From NCBI GenBank assembly GCA_009924895.1, contig RFQR01000005.1, positions 3,710 through 67,709 on the forward strand: a DNA stretch of 64,000 nt, written 5' to 3'. The notes beneath the pieces are model-generated. The model was given only the letters and a program-made list of their open reading frames with translations, was not told the origin of the DNA and ran no database searches. Made by a program: the position numbers and the translations under genes. The DNA comes from a bacterium (GTDB lineage: Bacteria > Patescibacteriota > Minisyncoccia > Phycocordibacterales > UBA2100). Shown piece by piece: positions 26,804 to 35,589 of this stretch; within the stretch, counting starts at the first letter, position 1, and each line of letters starts with the position of its first letter.

Positions 26804-27508
26804 TTACTTAGCGCCAATTTTTATATACGTTCCTTCATGAAGCAACTTTTCAGCTTCAGTTGTTGCCACATATTTCCAAGACCAACTTGGTATGCCTGGT
26901 CGAGCATTCCGAATGTTGCGTAGAGGTTCGGTAGTACAGTTGCGGTGCAAGAGTCGGTACCACCACGCCCTCTCATTATATTTGTTCGTCTCAGATTGTA
27001 TTGAATTAACGAGTGCTCGGAGCTCATCCGTCGAGAAGTTAAGTTCATTATAATGAAGCGGGTCCTTGCGTACATCACGGCGGAGCTTTACCACGTCATC
27101 TTCGTCAGCAATAATATAGAAAATCTCATAGTTGTTTGTAATCACGTGCCACACCTTAAAATCTTTCATTTCAGTTTTACGGACTTCTACTGATAAGCAC
27201 ACTTTTTTCCCCGAAAAATCAAGAATAAGAAACGTATGCGCCTGAAGCAGTGCATAAGGCTCGGTCACAAAATACGCACCAGAAAGCATATTGAGGCCGT
27301 ATGATTCAGTAGTCCAGGTAACGTCATACTCAAATTCGCTCCGATACCGAGCGTGACGCACATTTTCAATTGTGAGCATGTGCCCCGTTATTGCAAGACG
27401 CGGCTGCTTCTCGTGAAGCGGAATCCATGCCCTGTCGAGCCTAGGGCGCCACAGATTTTTCGCAATAAAAAAGAGGATAACTCCCGCAAGAATCGCGGCA
27501 AGATACAT
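26804..27508 (-). CDS. DUF4105 (Lnb N-terminal-like) domain membrane-anchored protein
   Basis: N-terminal TM helix and a conserved YRLLHRNCTT motif recalled as the DUF4105 signature. Assigned from memory, not searched. Confidence 0.45.
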   Translation of the reverse strand: MYLAAILAGVILFFIAKNLWRPRLDRAWIPLHEKQPRLAITGHMLTIENVRHARYRSEFEYDVTWTTESYGLNMLSGAYFVTEPYALLQAHTFLILDFSGKKVCLSVEVRKTEMKDFKVWHVITNNYEIFYIIADEDDVVKLRRDVRKDPLHYNELNFSTDELRALVNSIQSETNKYNERAWWYRLLHRNCTTEPLRNIRNARPGIPSWSWKYVATTEAEKLLHEGTYIKIGAK

Positions 27509-27509
27509 A

Positions 27510-28445
27510 CTACAAACTAAGACCGATCTTTTGGCGCACCTCTTTCATTTTTGCTTGAGCTCGCTCTCGAGCTTGTTCGCTTCCCACCTTCAAGATGCGA
27601 ATAACATCCGCATCAGAAATAGAATCACGCTTTTCCCGCATGGGTGAGATGGCGGCGTCAATATCTTCAACAAGTGCGTCTTTGAGCGCTTTGTATTTTC
27701 CGCGATATGCCTCATAAAGGGGCTCGAGCTCTTCCTTTGTTTTAAAAAGAAGATGCATGGCATACACAAACGCGGGCCTCTCCCCCGCTGAGTCTGTCAT
27801 GATAGACATAACTGACTTTGCAATTTCATCTTTAGTGCCAAAAAGTGGAATGGTGTTTCCATAACTCTTACTCATTTTCTTGCCATCGGTTCCCGGCACA
27901 ACGGCAACCGATTCCAGTATACGCTCTTCAGCCTCTTTGAATGTCTGACCGTAGGCGTTATTAAATTTAGCAGCCGCTTCACGCGCGTATTCTACGTGCT
28001 GTCGTTGGTCCGCACCCACCGGAACAATATCGGTTTCATAAAGCAGGATGTCCGCTGCCATAAGCATAGGATAGTTAAAAAGTCCCGCACTCGCCTCTAT
28101 CCCTTTTGCCACTTTGTCTTTGTATGCGTGGGCTTGCATAAGAAATGGCACGCTCACGAGACACTCAAAAATCCACGCGAGTTCGGTATGCTCCTGCACC
28201 TGCGACTGTTGGAAAATAATTGTTTTTTCTGGGTCAAGGCCCGCAGCAATAAAATCTTTTGTAACCGAGATGGTGTTTTTACGAAGATCGTCACCATTCT
28301 TTACCGTCGTGAGTGCATGTAAATCGACGACACAGATCATGCTGTCGTATTGTTTTGCCAAATCAATCGCAGGCTTGAGCGCGCCGAAATAGTTACCAAT
28401 ATGCAAGTCGCCCGAGGGTTGAAGGCCAGTGAAGAGTTTTTTCAT
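27510..28445 (-). CDS. trpS: tryptophanyl-tRNA synthetase
   Basis: Class I motifs GLQPSGDLHIGNY (HIGH) and KMSKSYGN (KMSKS). Track ORF reaches 28499. MKKLFTG at 28445 is the conserved start. Confidence 0.85.
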   Translation of the reverse strand: MKKLFTGLQPSGDLHIGNYFGALKPAIDLAKQYDSMICVVDLHALTTVKNGDDLRKNTISVTKDFIAAGLDPEKTIIFQQSQVQEHTELAWIFECLVSVPFLMQAHAYKDKVAKGIEASAGLFNYPMLMAADILLYETDIVPVGADQRQHVEYAREAAAKFNNAYGQTFKEAEERILESVAVVPGTDGKKMSKSYGNTIPLFGTKDEIAKSVMSIMTDSAGERPAFVYAMHLLFKTKEELEPLYEAYRGKYKALKDALVEDIDAAISPMREKRDSISDADVIRILKVGSEQARERAQAKMKEVRQKIGLSL

Positions 28446-28513
28446 ACCACTTATGGTATCAGAGGAGACACCCGCCACGAAGTACTTGCATGGATGCAAA
28501 AATTGTTTTCTTA

Positions 28514-28536
28514 TTGTGCAAGTCTGACTTGCACAA
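28514..28536. repeat. REP-like 23-bp palindrome TTGTGCAAGTCTGACTTGCACAA (copy A, upstream of trpS)
   Basis: Identical palindrome copies flank the RayT-like transposase gene at 41283 and 42065. Confidence 0.7.
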
Positions 28537-28672
28537 ACGAGAGCTTGCTGGATTTGTACTAGCAGGTACTATCAGAAGTATTACTAGCTAATACTTTTTT
28601 GAGTTTATATCTAAATGAGCGTGTGTCCCTACTCTGCCTGACGGCAGACGGGCTACGAGGAAGAGGGCCCAA

Positions 28673-28971
28673 CCCTAATTTTTAGGATAGTGTTGCAAAA
28701 TGTATGCGGTGTACGTAATCCAGCACTCTCGAGATAGAAGTCTGTATGTTGATTATACCAATAATCTCAAAACAAGACTGTCTCAACATAATGCGCGCGA
28801 AAATATCTCAACAAATAGAACGGAAGGTACTTGGAAGTATGTCTATGTTGAATTATATCGTTCTGAAAAAGATGCGCGCACCAGAGAGAAGAAGTTAAAA
28901 CACCACGGCACAGCAAAACATAAACTGTTTGAAAGAATAAGAGACAGTTGTTTTGAATCCTAAAAATTAGG
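28673..28971. repeat. pair of inverted 14-bp palindromic repeats (CCCTAATTTTTAGGA at 28673-28687; TCCTAAAAATTAGG at 28958-28971) bracketing the GIY-YIG gene
   Basis: Read directly. The right copy overlaps the stop codon. Confidence 0.6.
28700..28963 (+). CDS. GIY-YIG nuclease superfamily protein (UPF0213-like, stand-alone 87 aa)
   Basis: N-terminal YAVYVIQ...LYVDYT GIY-YIG motif followed by a conserved R and a later E/N region. Confidence 0.75.
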   Translation: MYAVYVIQHSRDRSLYVDYTNNLKTRLSQHNARENISTNRTEGTWKYVYVELYRSEKDARTREKKLKHHGTAKHKLFERIRDSCFES

Positions 28972-29138
28972 CCTGGGAATCGGACCCCTAAAACACGTAC
29001 GTGTTCGGGAGTATCTGCGGGAACCCTCTGGTTGTACTTTCAACCATAAATTACTTTTCAAATCGCTTGGGAAACTGGGCAGACAAAGAAAGTAATACAA
29101 AGTACTCATCAATCATATTTGATCTGGTAGCCCCAGTG

Positions 29139-29164
29139 GCTATTATCTAGTGGCTAATCACTAT
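29139..29164 (+). promoter_or_regulatory. putative promoter element CAGTGGCTATTATCTAGTGGCTAATCAC, 5-25 nt upstream of the glmS ATG
   Basis: Two tandem copies of the GTGGCTA(A/T)T motif family that also occurs upstream of rpmA and murG. Confidence 0.4.
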
Positions 29165-29168
29165 TTTT

Positions 29169-30917
29169 ATGTGTGGCATTTTTGGGTATGTCGGTTCCTC
29201 AGAAAAGGGACCTCAGTTAGTGCAAGAAGGTTTACAGAGACTCGAATATCGTGGTTATGACAGTTGGGGTGTCGGAGCTCTTGCGGGCGGAAGTATTAAT
29301 GTTTACAAAAAAACAGGCATTGTCTTCCGTGAGGCACTTCCCCTTCCTGTTGCAAATCGTGCGGTGGGTCATACACGCTGGGCAACGCACGGCGCTGTCA
29401 CGGATGCAAACGCACATCCGCATATGGCATCAGACAATTCTTTTATCCTCTGTCACAACGGGATTGTTGAAAACGCGGACGCCCTCAAGCAAAAATTACA
29501 AAAATATGCGTTCGTCTCGCAAACAGATACTGAAGTAATTGTTCATCTCGTTGAAGAGTATGCGAAAAAAGTTTCGCTTCAAGAAGCGGTACGCCGCGCG
29601 TTTAAGGAGCTCGCTGGGCGCAACACGGTTATTGTGCTTTCCCGCTCTGGTGATGTGTACGCAGTGCGCAACGGATCGCCCTTGGTTGTTGGTACGAATA
29701 AACGAGGGGAATACTTCTTCTCTTCAGATTCACTTTCACTCGGATCGCACGCAGAGAACATACTCGTTGTTGAAAATGGTCAGATGGTGGTTTGCTCGAA
29801 TGACGCACTTGCACTCTCGGTGGTGGCGACGGGAAAAAAAGCTACGCAAAAGTGGGAGGCATATCGCGCTCCTTCTACTGTTGCAGACAAAGGGTCGTAT
29901 CCACATTACATGATTAAGGAAATTCATGATTCCGCTGCTGCGGTATTGGAAGTCTTGAAAGATAAGACTAACTTTGCGCCATTGGTGAGTGCCATTAAAA
30001 AAGCACGAACGGTGTATTGCATTGGTTCAGGCACGGCAGGTGTCGCAGCGCAGCAGATTGCATTTTACTTACGCTCTATTGCAGGTGTGCGTGCAGTGCA
30101 CTTGATTGGTGGCGAAGCGAGTGAATATGCTGATCTTATCGGTAAAAGTGACCTCTGCATTGCGCCATCACAAAGTGGTGAGACAGCAGATGTGCTTGAA
30201 GTGTTAGAGAAGGCACAAAAGCGCGGAGCGAAAATTGCATCGTACGTAAACATGTACGGAAGCATGATGACGCGCATGTCTGACTTTCCGTTTATGGCAA
30301 ATGCTGGTCCCGAAATCTGCGTAATGTCGACAAAAATATTCACTTCACAAATTGCGTGGGGGTATATGCTTGCCCACCGTGTTGCAGGTACGGCGTCACG
30401 AGGTATACGAGACATCCGTGCTCTTGTCACGGGTATGTATAGGTACCTCGCGGATACTGACTCCCAAAAGCAGATTCAAGAATTTGCAAAAGAGGCAGCG
30501 CAGATGCCCCACCTATTTCTCATGGCAAAAGGGCAAAACGCAGCGATTATCCGTGAAGGCATGGTGAAGATTATTGAAGGGTCCTACGTGCACGCTCACG
30601 CAATTCCTTCGGGTGATTTGAAGCACTATGCTATTACGCTGATGGAAAAAGGCACGCCCGTAATCGCACTTGTTTCAGATGATGACGTGCGAACTGATGT
30701 AGAAAATGCAGTTCATGAAGTGACTGCGCGTGGAGCGCGCGTGGTTACGATTGGAGCTGAAGATGATGCGCTACTACGTGTGCCAAGAGTCGGAGGCGCA
30801 GCGGGTGCTGTGCTGAATGTACTACCGCTTCAGCTGCTCGCCTATCATATGGCTGTTGCGCGAGGAAACAATGTCGACAAACCGCGCAATATTGCGAAGA
30901 GTGTGACCGTCAAATAA
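29169..30917 (+). CDS. glmS: glutamine--fructose-6-phosphate aminotransferase (isomerizing)
   Basis: N-terminal MCGIFGY (Ntn Cys), two SIS domains and a C-terminal ...VTVK tail. 582 aa. Confidence 0.9.
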   Translation: MCGIFGYVGSSEKGPQLVQEGLQRLEYRGYDSWGVGALAGGSINVYKKTGIVFREALPLPVANRAVGHTRWATHGAVTDANAHPHMASDNSFILCHNGIVENADALKQKLQKYAFVSQTDTEVIVHLVEEYAKKVSLQEAVRRAFKELAGRNTVIVLSRSGDVYAVRNGSPLVVGTNKRGEYFFSSDSLSLGSHAENILVVENGQMVVCSNDALALSVVATGKKATQKWEAYRAPSTVADKGSYPHYMIKEIHDSAAAVLEVLKDKTNFAPLVSAIKKARTVYCIGSGTAGVAAQQIAFYLRSIAGVRAVHLIGGEASEYADLIGKSDLCIAPSQSGETADVLEVLEKAQKRGAKIASYVNMYGSMMTRMSDFPFMANAGPEICVMSTKIFTSQIAWGYMLAHRVAGTASRGIRDIRALVTGMYRYLADTDSQKQIQEFAKEAAQMPHLFLMAKGQNAAIIREGMVKIIEGSYVHAHAIPSGDLKHYAITLMEKGTPVIALVSDDDVRTDVENAVHEVTARGARVVTIGAEDDALLRVPRVGGAAGAVLNVLPLQLLAYHMAVARGNNVDKPRNIAKSVTVK

Positions 30918-30986
30918 ATAAAGAGACCCCTGTCGGTATAGCGGGGCTCTGTGGCGAAGTAGGGCAATCCTAGCAAACCGAGAAAC

Positions 30987-31214
30987 TTAGTCGATGTCTC
31001 TCAGGGCTGCTTTTGTGAAGAAGTACTCGTGCTCATGACTCGCGAACTCATCGTCCGTAAGTCTGAACAAAAGACGTTCCTCACATTGGATAAGGCGCCT
31101 TACTTCGTCGGCAGAGACCGCGAGGCCATTCTGCCGATCCTCCTTGAGATCCTTGGAAAAGATCTGAAGGAAGCGCTGTTTTTGAGGGGACAGCACCCTT
31201 TTGGTGTGGCTCAT
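30987..31214 (-). CDS. hypothetical small protein downstream of the histidine kinase
   Basis: 75-aa ORF. A weak hairpin plus T-tract terminator lies on the minus strand at about 30911-30950. The alternative plus-strand ORF 31029..31250 is less likely. Confidence 0.3.
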   Translation of the reverse strand: MSHTKRVLSPQKQRFLQIFSKDLKEDRQNGLAVSADEVRRLIQCEERLLFRLTDDEFASHEHEYFFTKAALRDID

Positions 31215-31274
31215 CGCCAGTACTCCAACCGCTACCCGATCGTAGCGTAATGAGATTATACATTATTAGTTAAT

Positions 31275-32900
31275 TTATGTCAAATTAATCTTGTCCAGTT
31301 CAATAATAAATCGTGACCCCTTATCCTTCCCTTCTGATTCTGCCCAGACTTTTCCACCCATACCTTCAATGAATGTGCGACCGAGATAGAGTCCAAGGCC
31401 AGTGCCAAGGAGGTTAGCCTTTTGCGCGTCAGCTCGCGCAAACTTTTGAAATAATTTCGGGAGCACTTCTGGCGGAATGCCGACACCCGTGTCAGAGACG
31501 GTCGCACGGACTTTTCCATCGTGTTCTGATACGGCAACAGAAATAGAACCAGTGCGTGTGTACTTAAGTGAGTTGTCGAGGATGTTACCTAGGACTTCTT
31601 TAAATTTACCAAGGTCACCTTTGGTCATGACTGATGGTGTTGTTGCGCTAAATTGCAGTCCCCTATCAGCTGCATGTGGACGAAAACCATCGGCAACCTG
31701 CGATACGGCGAGGCCAATGTCAAACGGTGCGATTGAATACGCTATTTGACCGAGTTCCATTTTTGAACGGTCCAAGAATTGTGAGATAAGACGCAGGACA
31801 TCATCACCGGTCAGAAGAATCTGATTCGCTGCACGCGTCGTATCTTTATTTGTCTCCCCCGTTGTGCCGTCAGTAATGAGAGATGCATATCCACGCATGG
31901 CAGTAATTGGATTTCTAATTTCATGTGAAGCAAATGCCATAAATTCTGATTTTTCTTGGCTCAGTTTTTCAACTTCTGCGCGCGCTTTTATCTCGGCGTT
32001 AACGCTTCGCACGAGCAGGTATCCAAAACCAGATATAAGAAAAAGAGAACACCCAACTAATACGTATGCCATTTCTGATGAAACAAACAGAAATTCTGAT
32101 CCAACAGACACGACCAGAGCCACCACGAGTGCTTGTGCGGCTACTAATTTTAGATTAAATGCTCCGTACTGGACTGTTGCATATGCAAGCATCCCGATAA
32201 AGAAAGACATGGTCGCTACTCCATACATCTCGAGACCAAAGTCAGGCAAGAAACCAGCGGAAACGAGATAGCTGTCGAGTGTTCCAGTAAATACAAATGC
32301 AAAAATAAACAGCAGACCGCTTACAATTACAATCCATTTTCCATTTCTTTCCGCCCTAGTATCTGTAATAGAGTCTCGATACCACTGATATGTGCTAAAG
32401 AATATTAAAAGAGTAGCAACAAGACCAAGAAAGTAATAGTAGTTAGTGAACGCGTTGTTCTCCACGACCGCACAGACTTGCGAATCGATACCCTTCACAT
32501 TAAATCCTGTTGGCGTTAACATGATTATGGGTGTCAGCAATAAACCCCACGTGTAAATGAGCCAATCTGGAGTTGTCTTTGAAAGATAGAGTTGTATAAA
32601 CCAATGAGTAAAGAAGAATGTAAAAGCAGTCAATAAACCGAATAACGACCATATAGCAATTTGGAGAGAGGGGCGGTCATAAAAAACCCATACAGTAATA
32701 TCGGCAAAGGTCCATAAAATAAATGTAACCGACAATAAACATAGTACGACTGCCTGCAGTGTTCGCGTATTGTAAAGTACGTAAAATCCGAATAGCGCAG
32801 AAAGGCACATCGCGGGAATGTGTGTGTACAGCAACAGTGGAAACGTCTCTGACAGTGTGTTGGAACAGGCGACCAAAAATGGTAAGAGGTTGTAACCCAT
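31275..32900 (-). CDS. sensor histidine kinase with polytopic N-terminal membrane domain
   Basis: H-box FMAFASHEIRNP, N/G boxes (GNILDNSLKYT, DTGVGIPPE, GTGLGLYLG) and about 8 N-terminal TM helices. No response regulator lies adjacent. Confidence 0.85.
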   Translation of the reverse strand: MGYNLLPFLVACSNTLSETFPLLLYTHIPAMCLSALFGFYVLYNTRTLQAVVLCLLSVTFILWTFADITVWVFYDRPSLQIAIWSLFGLLTAFTFFFTHWFIQLYLSKTTPDWLIYTWGLLLTPIIMLTPTGFNVKGIDSQVCAVVENNAFTNYYYFLGLVATLLIFFSTYQWYRDSITDTRAERNGKWIVIVSGLLFIFAFVFTGTLDSYLVSAGFLPDFGLEMYGVATMSFFIGMLAYATVQYGAFNLKLVAAQALVVALVVSVGSEFLFVSSEMAYVLVGCSLFLISGFGYLLVRSVNAEIKARAEVEKLSQEKSEFMAFASHEIRNPITAMRGYASLITDGTTGETNKDTTRAANQILLTGDDVLRLISQFLDRSKMELGQIAYSIAPFDIGLAVSQVADGFRPHAADRGLQFSATTPSVMTKGDLGKFKEVLGNILDNSLKYTRTGSISVAVSEHDGKVRATVSDTGVGIPPEVLPKLFQKFARADAQKANLLGTGLGLYLGRTFIEGMGGKVWAESEGKDKGSRFIIELDKINLT

Positions 32901-32904
32901 AGTT

Positions 32905-33687
32905 TTATTGGGGTCGATTCATTGGTGAAAAAAGCTCTCGCACCCCTTTTGGATAGTAATTCCAAAATGGTGAGCTGTCATTCTCTTCGGGGATCATTGG
33001 CACGATAAGGGGTCTGAGCCCAAAGAGGCGCTCTAATTCTTGGACTGCGGGTATTGCTTTATTGTAGGTAAAGTTTTTTTGCTCTTCGTCCGAATCTAGA
33101 AAGTTCTCAAATAAAATACCTTCGGTGACAAATAATCCTAGATACCTCAAATATGAGTGTTTATCTGAAAATTTTTCTGCAGAAAAAAACCATCCAGAAT
33201 AGTCAACAACGAGAGGTTTATTGGAAGAAAAATAACCCTCATACAATTTTTTATGAAACGATGTAAGGTGCTCCCCTTCCAATGTCATAACCTCTTTTAT
33301 TTGTTTTCCCTCGTTGTTCTTAAAATCGACTATAATTCTTTTTTCAATAATAGAAAAATGCAACGGATCGTCAGTGTCAGAGAAAATCATTTTCCCTAAA
33401 CACCTTTTCTCTGGGTTGAGACCAACAAATTTATCTTCAGGTCCTTGAAAAAAGAGTGTGGGTATAGAAAGTTGGGGCACCACTTTTTTTACGAAATGAT
33501 TAATTTCGTGGGTCGGGGATAGTAAAGCACGGGATACCACAGCGTATGGGACGTTTTGTAGTATTTCAGGCGACGGCAAGGTACGAAAATAAGAACTTAC
33601 AGCATTGAGAAGTGACTTGTCTGAGCGTCGATGTTCTAGCTCGCGTAGAGCCTTGTCAAGTGTAAAATAGAGATCATGTTTTTCCAT
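32905..33687 (-). CDS. hypothetical protein (260 aa), AT-rich gene
   Basis: Long ORF in operon position upstream of the kinase. No motif recognised. Confidence 0.45.
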   Translation of the reverse strand: MEKHDLYFTLDKALRELEHRRSDKSLLNAVSSYFRTLPSPEILQNVPYAVVSRALLSPTHEINHFVKKVVPQLSIPTLFFQGPEDKFVGLNPEKRCLGKMIFSDTDDPLHFSIIEKRIIVDFKNNEGKQIKEVMTLEGEHLTSFHKKLYEGYFSSNKPLVVDYSGWFFSAEKFSDKHSYLRYLGLFVTEGILFENFLDSDEEQKNFTYNKAIPAVQELERLFGLRPLIVPMIPEENDSSPFWNYYPKGVRELFSPMNRPQ

Positions 33688-33690
33688 ATA

Positions 33691-34071
33691 TCACAACGGT
33701 GATGAGCTTGCCTGTTCTGAAACGCTGCAGGGAATCTCAGAAGATGTATCACAATAACTTTCGAAACAGTTTACTCCATCGCTGGGTTTGCATTGTTGCT
33801 CCGGGCATTCACCTGCCCAAGCACGACACCTTTCAATGAGATATGCCTTTCGATGAATAAGCTTGTAGAAAGTGGGGGTTAGCAAACTGTCTCCAACGAA
33901 ACAAGAGTGTAATGACGGGTCACATGTTACGGGTGTTACTGTCATGTAATCCTGCCTTATGTAAAAGTGGTACACCGAGAAGAGAATGGATACACAAAAA
34001 CCAATCAGAAGTAATGAGAGTACAAAAGTGAACTTACGTCTCATGGGACTAGAGTATACAACATATTTCAA
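33691..34071 (-). CDS. membrane-anchored Cys-rich small protein (probable start MRRKF at 34044)
   Basis: Signal/TM helix followed by a domain with 9 Cys residues. Confidence 0.4.
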   Translation of the reverse strand: MKYVVYSSPMRRKFTFVLSLLLIGFCVSILFSVYHFYIRQDYMTVTPVTCDPSLHSCFVGDSLLTPTFYKLIHRKAYLIERCRAWAGECPEQQCKPSDGVNCFESYCDTSSEIPCSVSEQASSSPL

Positions 34072-34079
34072 ATGCCCTG

Positions 34080-34805
34080 TTATCTCAAGAACGAAGCGGC
34101 AAAGTAAATTTGGCGTACAACCTCAACTATAATAACCCATCGGAGCGTCCAGTATGCGTTTGAAAAAAGGACCGCTGTCCAAAAAATTTTCCAATCTCGA
34201 CGTGTCATCCCGTTAAACTGATTTTTTTTGTGCCTAAAATAAACCACTACCATAAAGGGGTCTCCATGCGTAGACAGAATTAGAAATGCTGGGATACTCC
34301 CAAGATGCAGTAATTTGCGTATCAAGTTTGCAAACCAACTTAGTTCGTGATCCTCATCCTTCCATTCTTTTATGAGCTCAAATCCAAGCCAGTCTCTTCT
34401 ACTCTTGTCGTACACTTGTAAATAAATAAGTGATATAACAGCAGAAAGAGGCATCATGACCCAGAAACTCCAAATGAGACCCCAAACAGTCCCAAAGTGA
34501 GCTGTGCACCATGCGGTTACTGTGCCATAAAGCAACCAATCAAAAAGAAACTCCTCAATCCTCTTTAACGTGTGCCCTGTCGCAACAATTGCGGCTTTTT
34601 TTCCATGAGAGTGATGTTCTGACACATACGTAGTATCACATAGAAAGAAGCAGGCGCCGATTTCGCGGCGCCTACTGTTCAGTTTGTGAGCTGTTGCCAG
34701 AGAGGTCGTAGCACTGGCTCGACGTAATCCCACACGTACCAGATGAGCTGAACTAACGCACTCCAGCGCACTGTCCAGTATGTGTTCGATACGAAAACGC
34801 TGCAC
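34080..34805 (-). CDS. hypothetical polytopic membrane protein, paralog 1 of a tandem pair (true start probably internal, near 34600-34625)
   Basis: Shares EEFLFDWLLYG...W(Y)C...DWLG(F/L)EL with the upstream paralog. The 5' end of the track ORF overlaps the paralog 2 gene by 127 nt. Confidence 0.45.
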   Translation of the reverse strand: MQRFRIEHILDSALECVSSAHLVRVGLRRASATTSLATAHKLNSRRREIGACFFLCDTTYVSEHHSHGKKAAIVATGHTLKRIEEFLFDWLLYGTVTAWCTAHFGTVWGLIWSFWVMMPLSAVISLIYLQVYDKSRRDWLGFELIKEWKDEDHELSWFANLIRKLLHLGSIPAFLILSTHGDPFMVVVYFRHKKNQFNGMTRRDWKIFWTAVLFSNAYWTLRWVIIVEVVRQIYFAASFLR

Positions 34806-35248
34806 CAGAAGATATTAGTGTCACGTCCGGTTAGCTTCGTGTACGTTTCGCCTTTTTTTCGAAAATATACTGTCGTCATGAACGGGTCAGTCCAGAACGA
34901 CAATACAAAAAAAGCAGGTACACCCTTTCCGCTTCGCACGATTGCTCGTGCTTTTCTGGTGAACCAATTTCCACCTTTTGAGCGTTTCAATTCTTTTAAG
35001 AGCTCAAGTCCAAGCCAGTCTTTGCCGATTGCGTTGTAGATTGCAATCCAAAAAAAAGACACGCAAGCAGAAAGTGGCGCCATGATGCAAAATGCCGCCA
35101 GGCTTCCATATACGGGACCCCATTCGGCGTTGCAATACCACGTTACTGCTCCATACAAGAGCCAATCGAAAAGGAATTCTTCGACCCGCTTGAATCCATG
35201 GCCGGTCATGATGGTGCCGGCACGGATGAAAACATTTTTCCATGCCAA
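34679..35248 (-). CDS. hypothetical polytopic membrane protein, paralog 2 of a tandem pair
   Basis: 189 aa. Motifs as for paralog 1. Confidence 0.5.
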   Translation of the reverse strand: MAWKNVFIRAGTIMTGHGFKRVEEFLFDWLLYGAVTWYCNAEWGPVYGSLAAFCIMAPLSACVSFFWIAIYNAIGKDWLGLELLKELKRSKGGNWFTRKARAIVRSGKGVPAFFVLSFWTDPFMTTVYFRKKGETYTKLTGRDTNIFWCSVFVSNTYWTVRWSALVQLIWYVWDYVEPVLRPLWQQLTN

Positions 35249-35589
35249 AGCACATCTCCTTCCTGTTGGTGACCACCACGGTCACGCTGTTTATTTTTAT
35301 ACCACGATTTCAAGCTAATTACAAACTCTACTTATGAAACTGCTTTGTAGTATGTTTCTTAACGCCACCGAGTACCCCCTTGCATCGTCGAGTGCATTAT
35401 GGGTGTGCTCAGGCATGCCTCTGGTTACCTCTTCTGGCCAGTGTAGCGTCTGATGGTGCAGGAGTAGATATTTCAAACGGTGTTAGTGCGTCAATGTGTT
35501 CAATGTAGCACAAGTGGGTTGTGAGTTTGCGTGACGCCACATTCACTGCCGCTCCTTGCATAAAAGCCTCTACCCCTCATAATTCCCTT

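Noticed and set aside
26426-28700. T-box riboswitch leaders upstream of aspS and trpS
   Set aside because: I searched both leaders for the T-box consensus (AATTAGGGTGGNACCGCG) and a terminator/antiterminator pair. I found only a partial AAATTAGGGTTGGGCCC in the trpS leader, with no terminator, and nothing for aspS.
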